Source: Anaerolineae bacterium (GTDB lineage: Bacteria; Chloroflexota; Anaerolineae; UBA1429). Taken from it: 64,000 nt of DNA. This document shows, piece by piece, positions 9,131 to 18,893 of the stretch. A program made the translations under genes and the position numbers. The stretch is from NCBI GenBank assembly GCA_963675785.1, contig OY776562.1:864001-928000 (forward strand), written 5' to 3'. Under the pieces are notes generated by a model. The model had not been told where the DNA came from. It was given only the letters and a program-made list of their open reading frames with translations, and ran no database searches. Numbering within the stretch: the stretch's first letter is position 1; the number at the start of each line of letters is the position of its first letter.

Positions 9131-10237
9131 GTGGATATAGAACGCACTAGACTCGATCTACCAAACGGGCAGCTCAGGCTGCCCGCTTTTCTTCCCGATG
9201 CAACCCATGGGGTGGTGCGAGCGACCGACGCCGCCGACATGCGCGCCTGCGGGATTCAGGCGCTGGTGATGAACGTCTTTCACCTGATGCAGAAGCCAGG
9301 GTCTACCACCATCAAGGCGTTGGGGGGGCTGCACGCCATGAGCGGCTGGGATGGCCCCATCATGACGGATTCGGGCGGTTTTCAGGCCTATTCGATGATT
9401 CGTGAGAATGCCAAGTATGGCAGCCTGACCGACAAGGGGCTCATTTTTCGGCCAGACGGCGCCCGAGACAGAATCCTGTTGACTCCTGAAAAGAGTATCC
9501 AACTGCAAATGCAGTTTGGGGCCGATATCGTGGTTTGTTTGGATGATTGTACCCATGCGGATGACCCTTATGAGGTTCAGCGCAAGTCTGTCGACCGCAC
9601 GGTGGCTTGGGCCAAACGCTGTAAGGACGAATTCGAGCGGCGCCTGGACAAGCATCAGGAGGGCTTGCGCCCACTGCTGTTTGGGGTAGTGCAAGGCGGT
9701 GGCGATTTAGCCTTGCGCCAAGAGTGCGCCGAAAAGTTGCTGGAAATCGGTTTTGACGGCTATGGCCTGGGCGGTTGGCCCCTCGATGGCGAGGGCAAAC
9801 TGCTGACGGAGGTGATCGCCTTTTTGCGGCGCATCATCCCCGCGGAGTACCCCATGCACGCCCTGGGGGTGGGGCATCCGAATCACATCGTCTCGCTTTG
9901 TCGCATGGGCTATGAACTTTTTGACTGCACCCTGCCGACGCGAGATGCCCGCCAGGGGCGGCTATACACCTATAACAGCGCTTTGGAGGGCATTGACCCC
10001 GATGCCGAGCGTTGGTTCTCTTTTATCTATATCAAGGACGACGTTCACAAACGCGATGGTCGTCCCCTCGATCCGAGCTGCGATTGCCCCGTATGCCAGC
10101 GTTATTCTCGCGGTTTTTTGCACCATCTCCATGATATCGGTGATGTGGCTTACCAGCGATTGGCGACTATCCACAACCTGCGCTTTATGACCCGCCTGAC
10201 CGAGTACATGCGGACAGAGGGGCGTGCTGGTGGCTGA
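9131..10237 (+). CDS. tgt: tRNA-guanine transglycosylase (queuine tRNA-ribosyltransferase family), divergent
   Basis: TDSGGFQ, LDDC, GVVQGG, HALGVG, FDCTLPTR, CDCPVC...HN zinc site. Confidence 0.9.
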   Translation: MDIERTRLDLPNGQLRLPAFLPDATHGVVRATDAADMRACGIQALVMNVFHLMQKPGSTTIKALGGLHAMSGWDGPIMTDSGGFQAYSMIRENAKYGSLTDKGLIFRPDGARDRILLTPEKSIQLQMQFGADIVVCLDDCTHADDPYEVQRKSVDRTVAWAKRCKDEFERRLDKHQEGLRPLLFGVVQGGGDLALRQECAEKLLEIGFDGYGLGGWPLDGEGKLLTEVIAFLRRIIPAEYPMHALGVGHPNHIVSLCRMGYELFDCTLPTRDARQGRLYTYNSALEGIDPDAERWFSFIYIKDDVHKRDGRPLDPSCDCPVCQRYSRGFLHHLHDIGDVAYQRLATIHNLRFMTRLTEYMRTEGRAGG

Positions 10238-11039
10238 GGCCGAGGCTAGAATCCAAGGCCTGACTGAGCAAGTGCGGCAGGGCAGAAACTATGCCGATAT
10301 CGCCGAGGATGTGGCGCGCCATGCGGTGGAGCGTGAGCTGCCCCGACGCAAGAACGATCGCGAGGTGGTACGTGCGGCCCGTTCGCGGTTGCACCAGATT
10401 GCCGGTGCGTATATCGCTGGTGTGGATTGGCAGGAACGTACGGCTCAACTGGTGCAGGCGGCGGCAGAGGGCGAGGAACCATTACGTGCGGCCTGTCTGC
10501 GCCTCATGGCCGAACACGCCTCGACCCGCGAGCGGCTGGGCGAGCTAGAAGCCTATTATGCGGCGGTGTTCGCCGGGTTGGGGCCGGTGCAGAGCGTGCT
10601 GGATGTGGGCTGCGGCCTGAATCCGTTGGCTATTCCCTGGATGGCGCTGGCCGCGAATGCGCGCTATATGGCCTGGGATGTTTACGAGGGCCTGGCGGAG
10701 ATGCTCAACACCTACTTTCCGCTGGTGGGCGTGGCGGGACAGGCCCTGGCCTGCGACATGACGACAGCATCCGCCGGAGATAGCTTTGACCTGGTGCTGA
10801 TGCTCAAGGTACTCAACAATGCCGAGCAATTGCAGAGCGGCAGCGCGAAGGATATGCTGACCCGCATCAATGCGCGCCATGTGGTGGTTTCTTTTCCGCG
10901 CAAGAGCCTGGGCGGCAGGGACGTAGGGATGAGCGAAAATTATCGCCGCCAGCTCGATGAATTGGCCGACGGCGATGATTGGATTGTAAAAGAACTGCCC
11001 TTGAAGTGTGAGTTGGTCTTTCGATTGAGCCGCAGTTAG
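10224..11039 (+). CDS. ArmA/Rmt/FmrO-family 16S rRNA (G1405-N7) methyltransferase homolog
   Basis: LHQIAGAY, HASTRERL, LDVGCGLNPLA, VVVSFPRKSLGGRDVGM..NY, ELVF: the signature motifs of the family. Confidence 0.9.
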   Translation: MLVAEAEARIQGLTEQVRQGRNYADIAEDVARHAVERELPRRKNDREVVRAARSRLHQIAGAYIAGVDWQERTAQLVQAAAEGEEPLRAACLRLMAEHASTRERLGELEAYYAAVFAGLGPVQSVLDVGCGLNPLAIPWMALAANARYMAWDVYEGLAEMLNTYFPLVGVAGQALACDMTTASAGDSFDLVLMLKVLNNAEQLQSGSAKDMLTRINARHVVVSFPRKSLGGRDVGMSENYRRQLDELADGDDWIVKELPLKCELVFRLSRS

Positions 11040-11815
11040 ACGTCGAACTCGGCTACCACAAAAGTGTGATCCGAGGGGCGTTCGGCACGACGGGCGTCTT
11101 TGTCGATCCAGGCCCTGGTGCAGGCTTTGGCCATTGGGTCGGTCGCCAGTATCAGGTCGATGCGCCAGCCAACACCCCGGTCGATGGGGTTACGCGCCCG
11201 ATAATCCCAGTAGGAATAATGCCCCGGTTCGTCAGGGTACTGCTGGCGGTAGACATCCGTCAGCCCCCAGGATAGTGTCTCCTGAAGCGCCTCACGCACG
11301 CGCGGGTGAAAGTCTACGTGTTCGGCCAATGCCTTGGGGTCATAGATGTCGATGGGTTGAGGGGCGACGTTGATATCGCCAGTCCAGATGAGCTTGTCGC
11401 TGGGTTCGAAATGCCTCTCCATGTAGCTACGCAGACGCTTGAACCACTCGAGCTTGTATTCGAACATCTCGTGTTCGATATCGCGGCCCTGGGGCACGTA
11501 GGTGTTCAGAATCCAAGTATCGCCGACGCGCAGGCGAATGAGACGGGGCTCGTCGGGTTCACCGCCGTCATCCAGGCCAAAGGCCACATCCTGCGGCTCT
11601 GCTTTGGTAAGGGTGGCGACACCGGCATGTGATTTCTGCCCCTTGAAGGTAACGTGATAGCCGCTATCGGCAAAGGCGTCGAGGGGGAAATCCTGATCCT
11701 GCACTTTGGTTTCTTGCACACAGAGCACATCCGGCTGATTCTCCGCCAGCCAGCCAACGATCTGATCCAGCCTGGCGCGAATCGAGTTGGCGTTAAACGT
11801 GGCCAATTTGAACAT
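11036..11815 (-). CDS. xth: Exodeoxyribonuclease III
   Basis: ATFNANSIRAR, VQETK, GDINVA, YSYWDYR, GWRID, PSDH. Confidence 0.95.
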   Translation of the reverse strand: MFKLATFNANSIRARLDQIVGWLAENQPDVLCVQETKVQDQDFPLDAFADSGYHVTFKGQKSHAGVATLTKAEPQDVAFGLDDGGEPDEPRLIRLRVGDTWILNTYVPQGRDIEHEMFEYKLEWFKRLRSYMERHFEPSDKLIWTGDINVAPQPIDIYDPKALAEHVDFHPRVREALQETLSWGLTDVYRQQYPDEPGHYSYWDYRARNPIDRGVGWRIDLILATDPMAKACTRAWIDKDARRAERPSDHTFVVAEFDV

Positions 11816-11924
11816 ATAGGGGCTCCTTTTAGGTTTTGTTGGCAGTATTGAACCCAGTTTAGCGGGCTAGAGACGAGGCGTCAATGGTCTTGCTTGTGGG
11901 CTGGGGCAGGTCTACAATGCGTTT

Positions 11925-12725
11925 ATGCTGCCCTTTGCGATGATAGACCATGACAAAAGAAACGAACTGGCACAGGAGATTGTCACCCGAATCGCCGACC
12001 GGCTGGGAACGGCGCTGCTGTTAGGCGGCGTGTATGGTTCCACAGCGCGCGGCAGTGACACGCCCTGGTCGGATTTGGAGTTGCTGTTCATCACTCGCCC
12101 CGAAGCGCCGCTGAAGAAGCGGTGTTTTATGGAGGCGGGCGTTTGTGTGGGCACCACGGTGATGGCGGAGCCCGAACTATTGACCTTGCTCTCTCAACCC
12201 TCGGACGATTGGGCCTTTTGGATGGGTGTACTGGAGGCGACGCGAGTTTTACACGGCGAGGCGGGGCAGATCGACCGCTGGATGACGATAGGCAAAACAG
12301 TGCCTATCGCGGCCTTTGCGGATTATGTTCAGGCCCACTGGCCGGGGTATGTGGTGGAATCCTACGGACGCATCCATTCCTGCTTGCACCGGGGAAACAC
12401 CGACGACCTTTATTGTGCCGTCATTGAGGTGTTGATGGAGATGCAGCAGGTGATCTGCCTGCTGAACCAACGCTGGGTGACCCACGATTACGCGCAGGGT
12501 TTGGCCGATACCTTTGATTACGAAAGCTTGCCCGAGCTGTGGCGCGAACTGGCGCTGTCGCTGTGGCGTGAGCGGGATCCCCAGGTTGCCGCCCCGAACG
12601 CCGACAAGCTGGTAACGGCCTATTGGCACTGGCTGGGCGAGCGGGGTATCGATATGAGCGCATCTGCGGCGTCTGACATCTACGATGTTGGACGTTCTGA
12701 CCAACCACAGATATGGAGAAGTTGA
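11925..12725 (+). CDS. Kanamycin nucleotidyltransferase-like (ANT(4')-I family) protein
   Basis: GVYGSTARGSDTPWSDLE parallels ANT(4')-Ia GVYGSLGRQTDGPYSDIE; helical C-terminal domain of similar length; start may be 11940. Confidence 0.75.
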   Translation: MLPFAMIDHDKRNELAQEIVTRIADRLGTALLLGGVYGSTARGSDTPWSDLELLFITRPEAPLKKRCFMEAGVCVGTTVMAEPELLTLLSQPSDDWAFWMGVLEATRVLHGEAGQIDRWMTIGKTVPIAAFADYVQAHWPGYVVESYGRIHSCLHRGNTDDLYCAVIEVLMEMQQVICLLNQRWVTHDYAQGLADTFDYESLPELWRELALSLWRERDPQVAAPNADKLVTAYWHWLGERGIDMSASAASDIYDVGRSDQPQIWRS

Positions 12726-12726
12726 T

Positions 12727-14043
12727 ATGAAAGAACGAATCGAGATCAGCGCGCAGTATCCGGCATACTGGGCCTATGATTGTCAGCCGCTCATGTTGTT
12801 GGGCGGCAGTGTGGAAGACAACCTCTTTCAGATTCCCAATTTGGAAGAGCAGCTCGATTTGCTGCAAAAGTGCGGCGGCAATTACGTGCGTTGCACGATG
12901 TCTAGCCGAGATGATGGCAACGTGTGGCCCTTTGAACGACTCGACAGTGACCTGTACGATTTACGCGTGCCCTCGCAGCAATTCTGGGGGCGGTTTGACC
13001 GGTTTATGCAGCTCACTGCCGAGCGCGATATCATCGTGCAGTTCGAGGTGTGGGCTACGTTCGACTTTTACCGCGACAACTGGGATGTGAACCCCTTTAA
13101 CCCCAAGAACAATGTGAACTATGACGAGGTTGAATCGGGGCTGCCGTTGGAAGTGACTACGCATCCCACCAAGACGGAGAATCCCTTTTTCTGGTCGGTG
13201 CCGAACGAGGCCAACAACACGGTGGTGCTCCAGTATCAGCAGGCCTTTGTGGATGAACTCATGGCACATTCACTGGAATGCCCCAACGCGCTGTATTGCA
13301 TGGATAACGAAACTTCGGTGACACCGGAATGGGGCTGGTATTGGGCCAGGTACATTCGCGAGGCAGCCGAAGCCCGAGGCCTGAAGGTACAGACCACAGA
13401 GATGTGGGATGCCCATGACCTGGCTGGTGTGCAGCATACCTATACCTTTGACCATCCCGAGGTCTATACGTTTGTGGATATTAGCCAGAACAATCACCAG
13501 GTGGGCCAGGTACACTGGGATAACGCGCAAAAGCAACGGGCGCGCATCAGCGGGCAGGTGCGGCCGCTGAACAATGTCAAAATCTATGGCTCGGATGCCT
13601 ACAGCTATGGCACCGATGTGGACGGACAAGAGCGTTTTTGGCGCAATGTGATGGGCGGCATGGCTTCGGCGCGTTTCCACCGACCGCCGGCGGGGTTGGG
13701 TATCTCGGAAAAAGCGCAGGCCAACATTCGCAGCGCGCGCATGTTGTGCGAGGCGATGAGCTATTTTTACGAGGCTGAGCCGCACAATGAGCTGTTGAGC
13801 GGTAACCAGGAAAACCTGGCTTACTGCAAGGCCTGTCCCGGCCAGGAGGTGGCAGTGTACTTTGCCAGATCAGGCAGCATCCAGCTCGATGCCAGCTCGA
13901 TGGCGGGCGATTTGTTGGTACGCTGGCTGGATATCACGCAAGCCAATTGGCATCAGGCCGAGTTGGTAGAAGGCTGTCCCAGGATCGAACTGGTTACCCC
14001 CGCCGAGGGCCCACAGGTGGCCCTGGTTCAAAGGAGCTCGTGA
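12727..14043 (+). CDS. Putative glycoside hydrolase-like TIM-barrel protein
   Basis: GGNYVRC, DNE acid/base-like motif, C-terminal beta domain (VAVYF..VRWLD); SD ggag before ATG 12727. Confidence 0.6.
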   Translation: MKERIEISAQYPAYWAYDCQPLMLLGGSVEDNLFQIPNLEEQLDLLQKCGGNYVRCTMSSRDDGNVWPFERLDSDLYDLRVPSQQFWGRFDRFMQLTAERDIIVQFEVWATFDFYRDNWDVNPFNPKNNVNYDEVESGLPLEVTTHPTKTENPFFWSVPNEANNTVVLQYQQAFVDELMAHSLECPNALYCMDNETSVTPEWGWYWARYIREAAEARGLKVQTTEMWDAHDLAGVQHTYTFDHPEVYTFVDISQNNHQVGQVHWDNAQKQRARISGQVRPLNNVKIYGSDAYSYGTDVDGQERFWRNVMGGMASARFHRPPAGLGISEKAQANIRSARMLCEAMSYFYEAEPHNELLSGNQENLAYCKACPGQEVAVYFARSGSIQLDASSMAGDLLVRWLDITQANWHQAELVEGCPRIELVTPAEGPQVALVQRSS

Positions 14044-14050
14044 TAGCCGT

Positions 14051-14830
14051 ATGGAAAACGAAGGTCGTATTGTGCGCATCGGTCTCATCAAGGCGATGCC
14101 GAAAAAGTGGGATTTGACCTACAATTGGACGCTGTTCGCCGAGTTGTTCGATCGTGCTGTAGAACGCGGCGCGCAACTCGTTTGTACCCCCGAGTGTTTC
14201 CTGGATGGCTATGTGAGTACGGATGAAGCGGGTTGGCCCGAGCCGGGGTTCCGCGATGTGGCCCAGACGCTGGATGCGGGTTATGTGGCCAAAGCGCGGG
14301 AGCGAGCGGCAAAGGCTGGGGTGCATCTGGTGTTTGGCTTTACCGAGCGGGCGGAGGCGGGCTGCTATAACGCTGCGGCGCTCATCGGGCCAAGCGGCGA
14401 GGTGATCGGTTGTTACCACAAGACGCACCTGTTGGACCACGATACACGCTATTTGCCGGGGGACAACCTAGGGGTCTATGATACTGCGCTGGGGCGCATT
14501 GGCATGATGATCTGTGCCGACCGGCGCTGGCCGGAGACGGCGCGCACGTTGCGGGTTCGCGGGGCTGAGCTAATCATGAATCCCACCTATGGGATGTGTC
14601 ATCTCGAAAACGAATGGTGGATGCGCACGCGCAGTTATGAGAACGAGACGTGGATTTGCTTTGACCATCCGCAGGTGGCTTTTATGACCGATCCGCGCGG
14701 CGGGATACCGGCCAAGCTCGAATCCAATATCCCCGACGTGCTGGTGCACGATGTGGATCTGGGCCAGACGCGCGAGGTGATGTTCTCACATCGTCGGCCC
14801 GAACTGTATGATTTGGGGATGCCCCAATAA
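14051..14830 (+). CDS. Carbon-nitrogen hydrolase (nitrilase superfamily)
   Basis: E-K-C triad in TPECFLDGY, YHKTHL, ICADRRWPE. Confidence 0.9.
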   Translation: MENEGRIVRIGLIKAMPKKWDLTYNWTLFAELFDRAVERGAQLVCTPECFLDGYVSTDEAGWPEPGFRDVAQTLDAGYVAKARERAAKAGVHLVFGFTERAEAGCYNAAALIGPSGEVIGCYHKTHLLDHDTRYLPGDNLGVYDTALGRIGMMICADRRWPETARTLRVRGAELIMNPTYGMCHLENEWWMRTRSYENETWICFDHPQVAFMTDPRGGIPAKLESNIPDVLVHDVDLGQTREVMFSHRRPELYDLGMPQ

Positions 14831-14914
14831 TCGACGCCTCAACGGCGTTTTTGCCGCATGACTCGTTTTGTACACAATAGTCCGGTGTGTCCAACGCAAT
14901 CAGGAGGGTGGAAC

Positions 14915-15307
14915 ATGAGCTACAAGATTAGTGAGCGTTGCCTCTATGCCGATTCCCACGAGTGGGTTCGGGCAGAAGGGAACACTGCGGTTGTAGGTAT
15001 CAGCGATTATGCACAAAATGAGCTGAGCGATGTGGTTTTTGTGGACTTGCCCGATGAAGGCGACACCTTCAAGGCGGGTGAGGCTTTTGGCGTGCTCGAA
15101 TCGGTCAAGGCTGCTTCGGACGTCTATCTGCCCATTAGCGGCACCATTATTGCGGTCAATAGCGCATTGGAAGATTCGCCAGAGCTGGTCAACGAGGACT
15201 GCTACGGCAAGGGCTGGCTGGTCAAGATCGAGATCAAAAAGCAGGCCGAGCTGGACGAACTGATGGATTCTAGCGAGTACGAAGAGAGCCTTGAAGAAGA
15301 GGACTAG
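14915..15307 (+). CDS. gcvH: Glycine cleavage system H protein
   Basis: SHEWVR, GISDYAQ, ESVKAASD lipoyl-lysine motif; SD aggagg. Confidence 0.97.
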   Translation: MSYKISERCLYADSHEWVRAEGNTAVVGISDYAQNELSDVVFVDLPDEGDTFKAGEAFGVLESVKAASDVYLPISGTIIAVNSALEDSPELVNEDCYGKGWLVKIEIKKQAELDELMDSSEYEESLEEED

Positions 15308-15322
15308 ATTGGAGCGGTCATT

Positions 15323-16642
15323 ATGACCTTTGTGCCGCATACGCGGGCGCAGGTCGACGAGATGCTCGAAACAGTGGGCGTCGAAAGCGTCGAGGCGCTC
15401 TTTGAGGCTGTGCCTGCGGCCGTGCGCTTTCCTGCGCTGGACCTGCCGCCGGCTCTATCCGAGCTGGAGCTGCGCAACGAGCTGAACGCTCTCAGCAAGG
15501 CTAATGAGAATCTGGACGATACGCCGAGCTTTTTGGGGGCAGGCAGCTATAACCATTTTGTGCCCAGTCTGGTCGATGCCATTATCAGCCGCTCCGAGTT
15601 CTATACGGCCTATACGCCCTATCAACCCGAGATCAGCCAGGGCACATTGCAGGCCATGTTCGAGTACCAATCGATGATTGCGGCGTTGACGGGCATGGAG
15701 GTGAGCAATGCCTCTATGTACGACGGGGCCACGTCTCTGGCCGAGGCGGTGCTGATGGCCTGGCGCATGGCTAAGGGCAAGCGTTCTCAGGTGGTGCTGG
15801 CTGGGGCTATTCATCCCGAATACGTCGAGGTGGTGCGCACCTATATTCAGGGGATGCCGCTCGAACTGGTATCGGCGGAGATGGACGCGTTGACTGTGGA
15901 CACCCACACGGCTGCGGTGGTAGTGCAATACCCAGATTTTCGCGGCGAGATACAAGATATTGCTACGCTGGCTGAGGCTGCCCATGCGGCGGGGGCCAGT
16001 TTGATTGTGGTGGCCTATCCCATTGCTCTGGGGATGCTCAAATCGCCGGGCGAATTGGGCGCTGACATTGTGGTGGGAGAGGGGCAGCCGCTGGGCAATG
16101 CCCTCGCTTATGGCGGGCCCTATTTGGGCTTTTTCGCTTGCCGTAAAAAAGATGTGCGCCGGATGGCCGGGCGTGTGGTGGGACAAACCACGGACGTGCA
16201 CGATGAGCGCGGTTTTGTGCTGACCCTCTCGACGCGAGAGCAGCACATTCGTCGGGAAAAGGCCACCAGCAACATTTGCAGCAACGAAGGCCTCAACGCG
16301 CTGGCGGCGGCGGTGTACCTGTCGGCTATGGGCGAGTGCGGCCTGCGACAGGTGGCTCAATTGTGTTATCACAAGGCGCACTATGCGGCACAGGAAGTTG
16401 CCAAGATTCCGGGGCTCTCGGTGGTGAACGAGCGGCCCTTTTTCAACGAGTTCGTGGTGCATTCGACGCGGCCAGCGGCAGAGATGCTGGAGGCGGTGCG
16501 AGCGCGTTCGGGCATTCTGGCGGGCTGCGATATGGCCCGTTGGGGCATGGATGCACACGAACTGTTGGTATGTGTGACCGAGATGAACACCCGTGAGCAG
16601 ATCGACCGCCTTGTGGATGTGCTCGGGGAGGTGTTGGCGTGA
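15323..16642 (+). CDS. gcvPA: Glycine dehydrogenase subunit 1
   Basis: FYTAYTPYQPEISQG, NASMYDG, REQHIRREKATSNICSN. Confidence 0.97.
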   Translation: MTFVPHTRAQVDEMLETVGVESVEALFEAVPAAVRFPALDLPPALSELELRNELNALSKANENLDDTPSFLGAGSYNHFVPSLVDAIISRSEFYTAYTPYQPEISQGTLQAMFEYQSMIAALTGMEVSNASMYDGATSLAEAVLMAWRMAKGKRSQVVLAGAIHPEYVEVVRTYIQGMPLELVSAEMDALTVDTHTAAVVVQYPDFRGEIQDIATLAEAAHAAGASLIVVAYPIALGMLKSPGELGADIVVGEGQPLGNALAYGGPYLGFFACRKKDVRRMAGRVVGQTTDVHDERGFVLTLSTREQHIRREKATSNICSNEGLNALAAAVYLSAMGECGLRQVAQLCYHKAHYAAQEVAKIPGLSVVNERPFFNEFVVHSTRPAAEMLEAVRARSGILAGCDMARWGMDAHELLVCVTEMNTREQIDRLVDVLGEVLA

Positions 16643-18090
16643 TAGAACCGCTCATTTATGCATTCTCAGCGCCAGGACGCTGTGGCGCCTCGCTACCGGC
16701 CCTGGATGTGCCCACGGCGGAGACGCTTGATCCGGCGCTGTGCAGGGAAGAGATTGGCCTGCCGCAGGTGAGCGAAGTGGACGTGATGCGCCATTTCGTG
16801 CGCCTCTCGCAGATGAATTACGGCGTGGATACGGGTATGTACCCCTTGGGGTCGTGTACGATGAAGTACAATCCCAAGGTGAACGAGGCGGCAGCACGGC
16901 TGCCGGGCATGAGCAGGGTGCATCCCTATCAGCCGCTAGACACGGTGCAGGGCTGTTTGCAGGTGATGTACGAGACCCAGCGCATGTTGGCAGAGATCGC
17001 TGGTATGGCGGCGGTGAGCTTGCAGCCTTCGGCGGGAGCCCACGGTGAACTGAGCGGCGTGTTGATGATCCGCGCCTACCACTTGGCCCAAGGGGACACC
17101 AAGCGCAAGGTGATACTCATCCCCGATTCGGCCCACGGCACCAACCCGGCTTCAACGGCTATGGCGGGGTACGAGGTCAAGCAGGTGGCCACCGATACCC
17201 GCGGCAACGTGGACTTGGATGACCTGCGACGGTTCATGAACGATGAATTGGCCGGCATGATGCTCACCAACCCCAATACCCTGGGGTTGTTCGATGAGCA
17301 GGTGATGCAAGTAGCGCGATTGGTGCACGCGGCCGGCGGTTTGATGTACGGCGATGGCGCCAACATGAACGCCCTGTTGGGCATTGCCAAGCCGGGCGAA
17401 CTCGGCTTTGACGTAATGCACTATAACCTGCACAAGACTTTTTCCACGCCTCACGGCGGTGGCGGGCCCGGCTCGGGGCCGGTGGCCTGCACGGCGCAGT
17501 TGGCGGATTTTCTGCCCGGCCCGCTGGTGGTATGTGACGAGAAGGTGAAGGATTGCGCGTACCGCTTTGAGATGCCGGTGCGATCGATTGGTCGGGTCAA
17601 GGCCTTTTACGGCAATTTCGGCGTCATTGTGCGGGCGTATGCTTATCTGCGCATGATTGGCGCCGACGGCCTGCGCGAGGTCAGCGAGATCGCTGTGCTT
17701 AATGCCAACTATGTGGCGGCACGCCTCAAGGAGACCTACAGACTGGCTTTTGAGCGCACCTGTATGCACGAGTGCGTGCTAGAGGGCCTTGTCGAGGGGG
17801 CAGAGGGTGTGCACGCGCTGGATATTGCCAAGCGCCTCATCGATTACGGCGTGCATCCGCCGACCAACTATTTCCCGCTCATTGTGCCCGAGGCACTGAT
17901 GATCGAGCCGACGGAGACGGAGAGCAAGGAAAGCGTGGATTATTTCTGCGAGGTGATGCTGACTATTGCCCAGGAGGCGCGGGAGAACCCCGAACTGCTG
18001 CATGGCGCGCCGCACAAAGCGCCGTTGGGCAGGCTGGACGAGGTTAAGGCAGCCCGCGACTTGATCCTGACCTATCAAGACAACGCCTGA
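16639..18090 (+). CDS. gcvPB: Glycine dehydrogenase subunit 2
   Basis: [36 protein letters not shown]. Confidence 0.97.
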   Translation: MIEPLIYAFSAPGRCGASLPALDVPTAETLDPALCREEIGLPQVSEVDVMRHFVRLSQMNYGVDTGMYPLGSCTMKYNPKVNEAAARLPGMSRVHPYQPLDTVQGCLQVMYETQRMLAEIAGMAAVSLQPSAGAHGELSGVLMIRAYHLAQGDTKRKVILIPDSAHGTNPASTAMAGYEVKQVATDTRGNVDLDDLRRFMNDELAGMMLTNPNTLGLFDEQVMQVARLVHAAGGLMYGDGANMNALLGIAKPGELGFDVMHYNLHKTFSTPHGGGGPGSGPVACTAQLADFLPGPLVVCDEKVKDCAYRFEMPVRSIGRVKAFYGNFGVIVRAYAYLRMIGADGLREVSEIAVLNANYVAARLKETYRLAFERTCMHECVLEGLVEGAEGVHALDIAKRLIDYGVHPPTNYFPLIVPEALMIEPTETESKESVDYFCEVMLTIAQEARENPELLHGAPHKAPLGRLDEVKAARDLILTYQDNA

Positions 18091-18152
18091 TTCATCACCA
18101 TAGCAAAACAACACGGCTCGCCAATCGGCGAGCCGCCTGTAAGGGGGCATTC

Positions 18153-18836
18153 TTGCTTTATCTTGTGGCCACACCTATTGGTAACCTCGGCGACATGACC
18201 CTGCGCGCCATTGAGGTGCTCAAGGCGGTGAATATCATCGCCAGTGAGGACACGCGCAACACCGGCAGGCTGCTCAAACACTATGGCATCGAGACATCGC
18301 AGACGCCCTTTCATGAGCACAACAAGGATGCTGCCGCGCCGCGATTGGTGGCGCGTATGCTGCAAGGCCAAGATGTGGCCCTGGTGACCGATGCGGGCAC
18401 ACCGGGCATCTCGGACCCGGCGTTTTCGCTGGTACGTGCTGCTTTGGATGCGGGCATTGAAGTAACGGCCATACCGGGGGCTACTGCCTTTGTGGCAGCT
18501 CTGGTTATCTCGGGGCTGCCGGTGCACAGTTTTTGCTTTCGCGGATTTCCGCCGCGCAAGTCCGGCAAGCGGCGTCACTTTATCGAAGCGGATATGGCTA
18601 TTCCCTATACCCTCATCTATTATGAGAGCCCCCATCGCCTGGCGGCCTTTTTGCAGGACCTGTACGCGGTGCTGGGCGACCGGCGGGTGGTGCTGGCCAA
18701 CGACCTGACCAAGATGTACGAGCAGGTGGAACGGGGCACGTTAGCTGAGATATCGGCCTCGGTGGGTGAGCGAGACAAGCTATTGGGCGAGTATGTGGTG
18801 CTAGTTGAAGGGGCAGAAGCAGCAGAAAAGGATTGA
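18153..18836 (+). CDS. rsmI: 16S rRNA (cytidine1402-2'-O)-methyltransferase
   Basis: [33 protein letters not shown]. Confidence 0.95.
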   Translation: MLYLVATPIGNLGDMTLRAIEVLKAVNIIASEDTRNTGRLLKHYGIETSQTPFHEHNKDAAAPRLVARMLQGQDVALVTDAGTPGISDPAFSLVRAALDAGIEVTAIPGATAFVAALVISGLPVHSFCFRGFPPRKSGKRRHFIEADMAIPYTLIYYESPHRLAAFLQDLYAVLGDRRVVLANDLTKMYEQVERGTLAEISASVGERDKLLGEYVVLVEGAEAAEKD

Positions 18837-18893
18837 CCCACAGCCCACAGCGGGTAAAATGGCTGTAGCGGATTTGTGTGAGGAGGATGGCGT

